Below are positions 20,958 to 29,830 of a DNA stretch of 64,000 nucleotides, piece after piece (position 1 is the first letter of the stretch; each line of letters starts with the position of its first letter). The notes below the pieces were generated by a model. The model saw nothing but the letters and a program-made list of their open reading frames with translations. It made no database searches and was not told the DNA's origin. The translations under genes and the position numbers were made by a program. Source of the DNA: a virus; the IMG/VR virus record IMGVR_UViG_3300030104_006883, positions 121,928 through 185,927 of that record; one strand, written 5' to 3'.

Positions 20958-21909
20958 AAGAGTACTTTTCATAGATGCTCTGAACTCTTATTACCGAGCT
21001 TATATAGTAGACCCTTCTTTGTCTACAAATGGACAGCCGATTGGAGGCCTTAAGGGCTTTCTTAAAATATTACAAAAGCTGTGCCGGGATATAAAGCCGG
21101 ACAGAATAGTTGTTTGTTGGGATGGAGCGGGCGGTTCAAGGCGCAGAAAGAGCGTTAATAAGAACTATAAAGAGGGTCGCAACCCTATTCGATTGAACAG
21201 AACAATACGAAACCTGACGGAAAACCAAGAATTACAAAACAAGATTTGGCAACAGACACGCCTAGTAGAATATTTGAGTTATATGCCGGTGGCACAACTT
21301 ATGTTTGAGAGCATAGAGGCAGATGATCTGATCGCTTTTGCTTGTCAACTACAGGACTATGCCGGTTGGCAAAAGGTTATAGTGTCAAGTGATAAAGACT
21401 TCATACAAGTTTTGGACAAAGAGACAGTTTTATACCGACCAACGCAAGAAGAGGTTCTAAACGTTAATCGCGTTGTTGATGAATACGGAATTCATCCGAA
21501 CAACTTTGCGCTAGCTAGGGCCATAGCGGGGGATAAGAATGACAATCTTCCGGGCGTCAAGGGAGTTGGCTTGGCGACGGTAAAGAAAAGATTTCCCTTT
21601 ATGAAAGAAAAAGAGGAGGCCTCAATAGCAAGGGTTCTCCATCATTGTCAAGAAAATATTGATGGTGTCAAAGCATTCTCTTCCATATTAGGAGAAGAGA
21701 AGCTTGTTAGAGAAAACTATAAGTTGATGCAACTAAGTTCGCCTAATATCAGCGTGAACACAAAGATGAAGATAAGATCTATTATTGAAAAGGACGAATT
21801 GTTTCTTAATAAAACAGAAATAATTAAGATGATGACTCTTGATGGCTTTGGAGAGAGCAGTTGGTCGGATCTTTTTCAAAGATTCAATAAGATATTGATT
21901 GACAAATAA
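20932..21909 (+). CDS. 5'-3' exonuclease / flap endonuclease (Pol I N-terminal, RNase H-like)
   Basis: LFIDALN, VCWDG, YKEGR, EADDLIA, SSDKDF, H3TH AGDKNDNLPGVKGVG. Confidence 0.92.
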   Translation: MISSKKKIKRVLFIDALNSYYRAYIVDPSLSTNGQPIGGLKGFLKILQKLCRDIKPDRIVVCWDGAGGSRRRKSVNKNYKEGRNPIRLNRTIRNLTENQELQNKIWQQTRLVEYLSYMPVAQLMFESIEADDLIAFACQLQDYAGWQKVIVSSDKDFIQVLDKETVLYRPTQEEVLNVNRVVDEYGIHPNNFALARAIAGDKNDNLPGVKGVGLATVKKRFPFMKEKEEASIARVLHHCQENIDGVKAFSSILGEEKLVRENYKLMQLSSPNISVNTKMKIRSIIEKDELFLNKTEIIKMMTLDGFGESSWSDLFQRFNKILIDK

Positions 21910-21949
21910 CTTCATTTCTTATATATTACTACAAAAGCAGGAGGGGAAG

Positions 21950-23305
21950 TTGCAAGAAGACTTTTCTCTATATGGAAAAAACTTTCAAGAGAAGCTTGTA
22001 CAACTAATTCTAGAAGATCGGGCTTTCTCTGAGCAGATTCAAGAGGTTTTGGATGTCAAGTTTTTTGAATCTAAGTATCTACAAGTATTTACGAGCCTTG
22101 TTTTCGAATATAGAGAAAAGTATAAGGTACACCCCAGTGGCGAGATTCTTGACTCTATATTAAGAACTGAATTGGAGGACCACGCTGACCTTGTAAAGAA
22201 GCAAGTTCGTGATTTTTTCACAAGAGTCAGGACCAAAGATATTGAAGACTCTGAGTATGTTAAGGACACCTCACTAGATTTTTGCAAGAAGCAAAAACTA
22301 AAAGAGGCTATGATGGTCTCTGTGGGGTTGTTGGATAGCTCCTCATTCGAAGAGATTAAAAAAGTTATAGACGAGGCGGTCAAACTTGGGGTTGACAACG
22401 ACCACGGGCATGATTACAAGAAGGATTTTGAGCTTCGGTATCTGTTTAAGGCCAGGAACCCGGTTAGTAGTGGGTGGGCTAGGATTGATAAAATAACCAA
22501 GGGAGGGTTGGGAAAAGGAGAGTTGGGAGTAGTTGTTGCTCCGACTGGCGCTGGAAAATCTCATGCACTTGTGCACTTGGGGGCAAGTGCTCTTATATCC
22601 GGTAAGACAGTGGCGCATTATACTCTGGAACTATCGGAAGAGGTAGTAGGCCAGAGGTACGACAGTTGTATAACTAGATACCCGCTCTCTGGCCTGAACG
22701 CTTTCAAGGACAAAATTAAGGAAACTTGTTTAGAGGTCAAGGGAGATTTATTTATTAAAGAATATCCTACGAAATCTGCAACCGTAAATACTGTTAGGGC
22801 ATCATTAGATAAGTTATTGAAAAGAGACAAGAAAGTCGATTTAATCATAATAGACTACGCCGATATTCTGAAAGCGACGACAAATTTTAAAGAGAAAAGG
22901 AACCAATTAGAGTCTATTTATGAAGAACTGCGAGCAATCGCAAAAGAATATGAATGTCCAGTTTGGACAGCATCTCAAACGAACAGGACTGGTTTGAATC
23001 AAGCAGTAATTACTATGGAAGCAATATCTGAAGCTTTTAACAAATGTTTTGTGGCCGACTTCATCTGCACGGTCTCAAGAACAAAGGAAGATAAGGTCGC
23101 CAACACCGGAAAGATGTACGTCGCAAAAAACCGTAACGGCCCTGACGGAATTGTGTTTCCGTTACTTTTTGATACATCAAACGTAAAAATTGAAGTTTTA
23201 GAACCTACGGACGAGACCATCGAGGAGATGGAGGTTAACGAGGTCAAGAGACAGCAAAAAGAGATGAAAAAAATATACAAACAATGGGAGGAGAATAAGA
23301 AATAA
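21950..23305 (+). CDS. Replicative DnaB/gp41-like helicase
   Basis: VVAPTGAGKS Walker A, IIIDYADI, VWTASQTNR, KNRNG; likely TTG start 21950 after GGAGGGG; TTGACA-N17-TATATT promoter at 21899-21927. Confidence 0.93.
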   Translation: MQEDFSLYGKNFQEKLVQLILEDRAFSEQIQEVLDVKFFESKYLQVFTSLVFEYREKYKVHPSGEILDSILRTELEDHADLVKKQVRDFFTRVRTKDIEDSEYVKDTSLDFCKKQKLKEAMMVSVGLLDSSSFEEIKKVIDEAVKLGVDNDHGHDYKKDFELRYLFKARNPVSSGWARIDKITKGGLGKGELGVVVAPTGAGKSHALVHLGASALISGKTVAHYTLELSEEVVGQRYDSCITRYPLSGLNAFKDKIKETCLEVKGDLFIKEYPTKSATVNTVRASLDKLLKRDKKVDLIIIDYADILKATTNFKEKRNQLESIYEELRAIAKEYECPVWTASQTNRTGLNQAVITMEAISEAFNKCFVADFICTVSRTKEDKVANTGKMYVAKNRNGPDGIVFPLLFDTSNVKIEVLEPTDETIEEMEVNEVKRQQKEMKKIYKQWEENKK

Positions 23306-25722
23306 TGTTTGATAAGCAAGTAGTAGAAGAGGCAACTCTAAAATATTTTAAAGGTGATGAACTGGCCACAAATGTCTGGATGACAAAATACTGTCTGAAA
23401 GACAAGTCGGGCAATTTGTTAGAAAAAACCCCTGCGGACATGCACAGGAGACTGGCAAAAGAGTTTGCGAGGGTAGAGAACAAATTTAATGGCCTTCGCG
23501 CTATGTCGGAGGAGCAAGTATATGAGGTTCTTGAAAACTTTGATTATATTGTACCCCAGGGGTCCCCAATGATGGGTATAGGTAACAATCATGTAAACGT
23601 CTCTTTGTCTAATTGCGTTGTGGTTGGGCCACCCCAGGATAATATTTCCTCCATTGTTGATGCGGGAAAGGATCTTGCTAACTTATTCAAGCGCAGGTGT
23701 GGAGTGGGGCTGGACTTGTCCTATTTGCGCCCTGAGAACGCTGCCGTTAATAATTCTGCTGGAACCACAAGCGGAGCATGGAGCTTTGCGGATTTTTACT
23801 CCTACGTTTGCCGCATGATTGGACAGAATGGTCGTCGAGGAGCTTTGATGCTTAGCATGGACATAAGGCACCCTGACATTGAAAAATTTATCACAATGAA
23901 GCAAGACTTAACAAAAGTTACTGGAGCTAATGTATCTGTGAAGATAAGTGATGAGTTTATGAAGGCGGTGGAAAACAATGAGTCGTTTACCTTAAGATTC
24001 CCGGTTGATTCTGAGGAGCCCACCATAACAAAAGAAGTGGAGGCTTCCGAGTTGTGGCAACTAGTGGTTGAATCCGCTACTGCTACGGCAGAACCTGGGC
24101 TGCTTATGTGGGACAATATCTTAAAATATTTGCCTGCGAATGAATACGAGCAATTTAAAACAGAGTGTGTGAATCCTTGTGCTGAATTGCCCTTGTCGGC
24201 TTATGATAGCTGTAGGTTGATTTCTATCAATCTAAAGAATTTTGTAAAGAGGCCATTTACAGATAAGGCGGCGTTTGATTTTGCTAAATTTTCACGCACT
24301 GTCTCCTCTGCTATGAGGCTTTCGGACGACCTTGTGGAACTAGAGCTAGAAAAGCTCGAAAACATCAGGACGGTGGCAGACATGGCTGATGAAAAGGCAC
24401 TGTGGCAAAAGCTGTATGACACTTGCTCTAATGGTCGTCGTACTGGTCTCGGAACGCACGGTTTAGCCGATGCTCTGGCATGCTTAAGCTTGGCCTACGA
24501 TTCGGATGAGGCACTGAAGGTTATCGATAAAATTTATAAAACTTTAAAGGTGTCTGCTTATGAAGAGAGTGTAGAACTTGCTATCGAGAGAGGCGCTTTC
24601 CCGGTGTTCTCGTGGGACACTGAAAAGGAGAATGCGTTTATAAAGTCATTGCCTGCGGCGCTGAGAAAGAAAATTGAAAAACATGGTAGAAGAAATATAT
24701 CTATTTTGACGAATGCTCCTACCGGCTCTGTTTCTATAATGAGTCAAACAAGTTCGGGACTGGAGCCGGTTTTCAGAAACTCCTACACCAGAAGAAGAAA
24801 GCTCGATCACAGTGAGAACGTGACTGCTGACTTTGTTGATGACTTGGGAGACAGGTGGAAAGAATTCAAAGTATACCACCATAATGTACAACAATATATG
24901 AATGAAACCACATCAAAACAGGTGCCATCATTTTTTACGGAAAGTCATGAAATTGATTGGACTAGAAGAATAGAAATACAATCATTTATTCAAAGACACA
25001 TTGATCACTCAATTAGTTCTACGATAAATTTGCCGAAAGGTACCTCTCCGGAGATTGTTGCTGAATTGTATTTCGAAGCTTGGAGAAAGGGCCTAAAGGG
25101 CGTCACGGTTTATGTTGATGGCTCTAGAAGTGGTGTGTTAATTACTGACGATCCGGGGACCGAAGAACAAATGGGTTTCCCTCAAATTGATGCCCCTAAG
25201 AGGCCGATTGAGTTGGAATGTGAAATTCATCGGCCAACGATTAAGGGTGAAGAATGGACTGTCCTAGTAGGACTTATGGATGGCAAGCCATATGAGATTA
25301 TGGGAGGGCTATCGACTTTTGTTGAGATACCAAAGAAATACACCCATGGAACTATCATTAAACATCCAAGAAAAAGCACCAATAGCGTGTATGACCTTAA
25401 GTTTGGGGATAACGGAGATGAGGTTATTATAAAAAATATTGTAAAAGTCTTCGACAATCCAAACCACTCGGTATTCACTAGGATGATATCTCTTGCTTTG
25501 CGACACGGTTCTGGTGTACAATATGTAGTTGAACAATTGAACAAGGATAGAGACAGCGACATGTTTAGTTTTTCTAAAGTCACTGCGAGAGTTCTAAAAA
25601 AATATATTGAAGATGGAGCCAAGGCGTCCGATAAAGACTGCCCAGAGTGCGGATCTGACGGCCTTGTTTATATAGAGGGGTGCGCTACCTGCACCTCTTG
25701 TGGCTATGCTAAATGCGGATAG
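23305..25722 (+). CDS. nrdJ: Class II (adenosylcobalamin) ribonucleotide reductase
   Basis: SNCVV, RRCGVG, NPCAELPL, RRTGLG, APTGSVS, GVTVY, C-terminal CxxC zinc ribbon; no small subunit gene nearby. Confidence 0.9.
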   Translation: MFDKQVVEEATLKYFKGDELATNVWMTKYCLKDKSGNLLEKTPADMHRRLAKEFARVENKFNGLRAMSEEQVYEVLENFDYIVPQGSPMMGIGNNHVNVSLSNCVVVGPPQDNISSIVDAGKDLANLFKRRCGVGLDLSYLRPENAAVNNSAGTTSGAWSFADFYSYVCRMIGQNGRRGALMLSMDIRHPDIEKFITMKQDLTKVTGANVSVKISDEFMKAVENNESFTLRFPVDSEEPTITKEVEASELWQLVVESATATAEPGLLMWDNILKYLPANEYEQFKTECVNPCAELPLSAYDSCRLISINLKNFVKRPFTDKAAFDFAKFSRTVSSAMRLSDDLVELELEKLENIRTVADMADEKALWQKLYDTCSNGRRTGLGTHGLADALACLSLAYDSDEALKVIDKIYKTLKVSAYEESVELAIERGAFPVFSWDTEKENAFIKSLPAALRKKIEKHGRRNISILTNAPTGSVSIMSQTSSGLEPVFRNSYTRRRKLDHSENVTADFVDDLGDRWKEFKVYHHNVQQYMNETTSKQVPSFFTESHEIDWTRRIEIQSFIQRHIDHSISSTINLPKGTSPEIVAELYFEAWRKGLKGVTVYVDGSRSGVLITDDPGTEEQMGFPQIDAPKRPIELECEIHRPTIKGEEWTVLVGLMDGKPYEIMGGLSTFVEIPKKYTHGTIIKHPRKSTNSVYDLKFGDNGDEVIIKNIVKVFDNPNHSVFTRMISLALRHGSGVQYVVEQLNKDRDSDMFSFSKVTARVLKKYIEDGAKASDKDCPECGSDGLVYIEGCATCTSCGYAKCG

Positions 25723-25728
25723 GAGATT

Positions 25729-26013
25729 ATGATGAGCTACAAGCCTGTTAATAGAATGATAATGCTGGAAGTCGAGAAGCCTGCTGAAGAGGAGACAACG
25801 GTGCTACTCCCAGAGGGGTACAAGCCGCCAGTTCAGTACGGATTTGCCAAAGTTTTGGGAACTGCTCAAGACTGCAAGAACGACTTTTCTGTGGGCGATG
25901 AGATTATATTTGAAAACTCTATGTTGCAAACTATAAGTGTTGATGGTGATGAAATTAATCTTCTTTTGGAGAATTATGTTCTAGCGATTACTAATGTCGA
26001 GGAAGGCATATAG
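25729..26013 (+). CDS. groES: Co-chaperonin GroES-like
   Basis: KPVNRMIML..VLLP..VLGTA..VGDEIIF..YVLAI, 94 aa. Confidence 0.75.
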   Translation: MMSYKPVNRMIMLEVEKPAEEETTVLLPEGYKPPVQYGFAKVLGTAQDCKNDFSVGDEIIFENSMLQTISVDGDEINLLLENYVLAITNVEEGI

Positions 26014-26027
26014 GTATAGGCAAAAAT

Positions 26028-26621
26028 ATGATTTATTTAGTTGTAAGTGTCCTTGCGGCGGCACTGTCTCAAGATGGTGATACTTGCCAGAAACAGTACC
26101 CAAAGTATGAAGATATAGTTTATCTTGCTGCGACGGATTGTAAGTATGCCAAGGAAGAAAATATAGACTTTGATTTGCTTTGGGACTTGGTTGAGATTGA
26201 GAAAAAGTATGAAGTTCCCACTGAACTAAGAGGAATGGTCTTGGCCGCTGCTTGTATGGAGTCTGGGTACAACCCAAAGGCGAAAGGCGACAGAAAATTT
26301 AGCAAAAGCGGCAAAAGGCCGATGGCGATAGGCATCTTGCAACAGTGGCCTATTTATGAAAAAGTCTACGGAACGGACAGGACCGACCCAATATCATGTG
26401 CTGATTCATGGCTAAAACACATTGTTAAAAAACTAAAAAAGGTAGATAGGCAGTGCAAGTATAAGAGCACCAAGAAGAGATGGGTTGCTGCTTGGGTAAC
26501 TGGAATTCGATATCCTAAAAAAGGCGGAAGGTGCCGAGAGAGACCGAAGCACTTGAGGCTCTTAAACAAATGGCACAGAAAAGCTAAAAAGATGGCTTGT
26601 GAGGAGATCTTTGGCTGCTAG
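26028..26621 (+). CDS. Secreted lytic transglycosylase (SLT-like)
   Basis: N-terminal hydrophobic signal, 'AAACMESGYNP' catalytic Glu motif, 'GILQ'. Confidence 0.65.
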   Translation: MIYLVVSVLAAALSQDGDTCQKQYPKYEDIVYLAATDCKYAKEENIDFDLLWDLVEIEKKYEVPTELRGMVLAAACMESGYNPKAKGDRKFSKSGKRPMAIGILQQWPIYEKVYGTDRTDPISCADSWLKHIVKKLKKVDRQCKYKSTKKRWVAAWVTGIRYPKKGGRCRERPKHLRLLNKWHRKAKKMACEEIFGC

Positions 26622-27405
26622 TCTTGAAAACCATATTTATAAGTGGGATGAGGTCGTAATTGGAAACAATTTGGCCTCTTTTGTTTACACTAGAAACAAT
26701 GACTCTAAACTTATATTGAGTGGATTAAAAGATGTCTTCAAGTACGATCTTTTTACGAATAAGCAAGTATTGAAGAACATAGAGCATCCCACTATGGTTG
26801 CGAATAAGAAGACTCTCATAGATCAATTATTGTTTGATTTAGTTCTGCAAGGTAAGTGTCCGATTAGCGAGAAGGTAAATTCAATTCGCGTGAACGCGGA
26901 AGAAAACTTATTAAGTGTTTTTATCTCGGATACGGTTAAGATAACTATAAAATATAACAGCCTGAGAATTTTTGATGATTCTTTAGTCACTGGACTGCCG
27001 TTTGAAACTTCTAAGAGGACAGCGTATTACGTGGTATATGATTGGTTTCTTTCAAATATTAACAGAGACACACACTTCTTGGAATTGTATGACATCGACA
27101 GCCCCTTGGCGCATAGAGTTATTATCAGAAAAATACCACAAAACGTTGTTATATCACAGTCGTCCCTGACAGCAGAGCAGCTTAATAATTTTAATTTTTC
27201 TGATACAATGTGTAGATTCAAAACAGACAAGATGCTTAAGGACAGCGATTTAAGAGGGCCAAGAAATGGTTTTTATAAAAACAGCCCAAGCAAGCCAAGG
27301 TACAGACCTATTAAGCTTGACTTTATGAGAAGAGAGGTAATGCCGCAGGTGGAAAGAGAGTTTGTAAAATATGGAAATATAACTTTCGACAATGAGGAGC
27401 TATAA
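26599..27405 (+). CDS. Hypothetical protein, degenerate dinucleotide-binding (Rossmann-like) N-terminus
   Basis: WDEVVIGNNLASF resembles YDVVVIGxGxAG without the glycines. Confidence 0.4.
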   Translation: MRRSLAASLENHIYKWDEVVIGNNLASFVYTRNNDSKLILSGLKDVFKYDLFTNKQVLKNIEHPTMVANKKTLIDQLLFDLVLQGKCPISEKVNSIRVNAEENLLSVFISDTVKITIKYNSLRIFDDSLVTGLPFETSKRTAYYVVYDWFLSNINRDTHFLELYDIDSPLAHRVIIRKIPQNVVISQSSLTAEQLNNFNFSDTMCRFKTDKMLKDSDLRGPRNGFYKNSPSKPRYRPIKLDFMRREVMPQVEREFVKYGNITFDNEEL

Positions 27406-28274
27406 TGGAGCCTGGATATCATCTAGCCGGGATAATACCTGTGGCTGGTCAAAAATTAGATTTTAATATGCCTTGGCATGATTGTTTAATGCCAATTGCT
27501 AAAAATTATTTAGCTGTAGAGAGGGCAGTGATTGACTGTGGCTATGCGGGATGTGAAACAATATTTGTAATTTGTCATAATGACATGATGCCCTTGATAA
27601 AGGATCGCCTGGGAGACTACATAGAAGATCCCGTTTATGCGTATAGGAATTTTGAAGTCTTTCCTCACGAGTCTAGAATAAGGATACCGATATATTATGT
27701 CGCTATTCATCCTCACGACAGAGATAAGAGAGACAGTCAGGCTTGGAGCATACTATACGGAGCCAAAGTGGCGAACGAGATGATTGGGAGGCTCAGCAGT
27801 TGGCTCGTCCCGAACAAGTTTTTTGTTTCGTTTGCTCACGGGGTGCATGATCCAGAGGTGTTGAGAGAAAATAGAAGGGAAATTTCACGTCCGAAAAATT
27901 TTTCTCTCTCTTGGCAAGGTAAAACAGTTGCAGATGATGAATACTTGCCTTTTACTTTTAACTATGATGATTGCTTGGCACTTATTGATAAGGTTAGAAA
28001 AGAAGGAACTTCTCGATATCTCAACAGAGAGTGGGGCGATAAAAAAATTCTACTCCCACCGGAAGAACAGTACTCGGCGAGATTTTTTAGCTTGAGTGAT
28101 GTTTTTGGAGATTTAGCCTTAGAAGCTATAAAAGAGGCTAAGTATTATTTTAATATAGACAATTGGGATGATTACTGTTACTATATTGCAAATAAACCGG
28201 AAGGCCTACTTAGGCCCAACAAAAGGGTATTAAACCCTCGTTCGCTAAAAGGTATAGGAGTTGAGAGTGAGTGA
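27405..28274 (+). CDS. Sugar-phosphate nucleotidyltransferase-like protein
   Basis: AGIIPVAG..DCLMPI..AGCETIFVI N-terminal GT-A/NTP-transferase pattern. Confidence 0.6.
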   Translation: MEPGYHLAGIIPVAGQKLDFNMPWHDCLMPIAKNYLAVERAVIDCGYAGCETIFVICHNDMMPLIKDRLGDYIEDPVYAYRNFEVFPHESRIRIPIYYVAIHPHDRDKRDSQAWSILYGAKVANEMIGRLSSWLVPNKFFVSFAHGVHDPEVLRENRREISRPKNFSLSWQGKTVADDEYLPFTFNYDDCLALIDKVRKEGTSRYLNREWGDKKILLPPEEQYSARFFSLSDVFGDLALEAIKEAKYYFNIDNWDDYCYYIANKPEGLLRPNKRVLNPRSLKGIGVESE

Positions 28275-29133
28275 TATTCTAAATTACATTGGGGAAACGC
28301 CTTTAATAAAGCTAGCACCCAAGCTCTACGCAAAGCTAGAAACGTACAGCCCAACGGGCTCTATAAAAGATAGAATGGCAAGCTATGTTCTCCGCAAAGC
28401 CGAGGAGAGGGGCGAGATAAAGCCGGGGGACACTATTGTAGAGGCCTCTTCGGGCAATACCGGGATTTCCTTCTCGATGCTAGGCTCCGTTAAGGGGTAC
28501 AAGGTTATAATCATACTGCCTTGCAATATGAGCGAAGAAAGAAAGCAAATGATGAGATTGTTTGGAGCGGAAATAATAGAGGTGGGGGAGAGCGACTTTG
28601 AAGGTGCGATTGCACTAAGAGACAAGATGGTGGAGGAGAATAGCGGCTATTTTTCTCCTAAACAATTTTCTAACCCTGACAACGTAGAATGCCACGAATG
28701 GACTACTGGTATGGAAATTAAAAGACAACTGATTGGTCTAGGAGAGGAAAAAATTGCCGCGATAGTATCTGGTGCTGGGACTGGGGGAACTATAATGGGA
28801 ACAAAGAGGGCTATGGAAAAGTTTGTTGACCAAGAAGCTCCTAAATTTGTGATGGTGATGCCTGCTGAAGGCAAGGTGCATGGAATACAGGGTATTGGAG
28901 ACGGTGGAGATTACCTCGTAAATCGAGATGAGATAGACGAGACGATTGATATTTCAACTGAGGATGCCATTGAAAGCGCGAAAAAATTGGCGAGAGAGCA
29001 GGGGCTCTTTGTTGGTATTAGCGCGGGAGCCAATGTTCTGGCGGCTGAGCGATGGATGCAGCAGAATGAGTATGATGGTTGTGTGGTCACGTTCTTGTGT
29101 GACCGTGGCGAAAGATATTTGAGCGTTCTATAA
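28261..29133 (+). CDS. cysK: Cysteine synthase (PLP-dependent)
   Basis: IGETPL, YAKLE, GSIKDR (PLP Lys), SSGNTG, GAGTGGT, IQGIG, GISAGA, CDRGERYLS. Confidence 0.95.
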   Translation: MRVSDILNYIGETPLIKLAPKLYAKLETYSPTGSIKDRMASYVLRKAEERGEIKPGDTIVEASSGNTGISFSMLGSVKGYKVIIILPCNMSEERKQMMRLFGAEIIEVGESDFEGAIALRDKMVEENSGYFSPKQFSNPDNVECHEWTTGMEIKRQLIGLGEEKIAAIVSGAGTGGTIMGTKRAMEKFVDQEAPKFVMVMPAEGKVHGIQGIGDGGDYLVNRDEIDETIDISTEDAIESAKKLAREQGLFVGISAGANVLAAERWMQQNEYDGCVVTFLCDRGERYLSVL

Positions 29134-29345
29134 TGGAATGGTGGAATCGTTTACACATCCTAACAAAAATTGCTTTTATCTGTCTTATACTCGGTAAGAT
29201 ACATTTTATACCGGCGACGCTTTCTATATTTGCAGCCTATGAGTATGCAACATTTTTTTTGGTAGTATATACGATATTTATACTCGCGGCAGCAATCCTT
29301 TCGTTAGTGAGAATTAGACAAATAATTAAGGAGAGTAAAGCATGA
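29133..29345 (+). CDS. Small two-TM membrane protein
   Basis: Two hydrophobic stretches, basic C-terminus. Confidence 0.55.
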   Translation: MEWWNRLHILTKIAFICLILGKIHFIPATLSIFAAYEYATFFLVVYTIFILAAAILSLVRIRQIIKESKA

Positions 29346-29830
29346 TGAGCACAAGAAAAGGGTGGATTGACATGTGCGTAGAAACAGTCAAAAAGCACTT
29401 CTTTACGGAAGAGAGAAAATGCCAAGGATTTCGATGCCCTGCTTGTGACAGGAGAGTGAAGTATGAAGATAGGCCTTTGAACAAGACCATGGCGATGGGA
29501 CTTAAATGGCTCGATGAAACAGGCGGCGGTGATTACGTTCACATTGCTCGCAATGTTCCCAACCATTTAAATGGAAAGAAGCTGACTACGCTAAAACATT
29601 GGGGTCTTGTAGAGCGAGGAGAGCCTGGCTATTGGCGTCCTACTAGACTAGGATACGAATTTTTAAAAGGCACTACTCCGGTTTCATTAAAGGCTAGACT
29701 TTTTAATGATAAATGTGAGGGATTGTTCGGAGATAAGGTATACATAGGAGACCTTGTGGAAGGCTTCAAATATAGCGATGTTACAAAACCAGCAGACACA
29801 ACGGCCAGACTTATAAGGAAAAAACAATGA
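29342..29830 (+). CDS. Hypothetical protein (CxxC plus winged-helix-like)
   Basis: CPAC; 'LKHWGLVE..GYWRPTRLG' wing pattern. Confidence 0.5.
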   Translation: MMSTRKGWIDMCVETVKKHFFTEERKCQGFRCPACDRRVKYEDRPLNKTMAMGLKWLDETGGGDYVHIARNVPNHLNGKKLTTLKHWGLVERGEPGYWRPTRLGYEFLKGTTPVSLKARLFNDKCEGLFGDKVYIGDLVEGFKYSDVTKPADTTARLIRKKQ

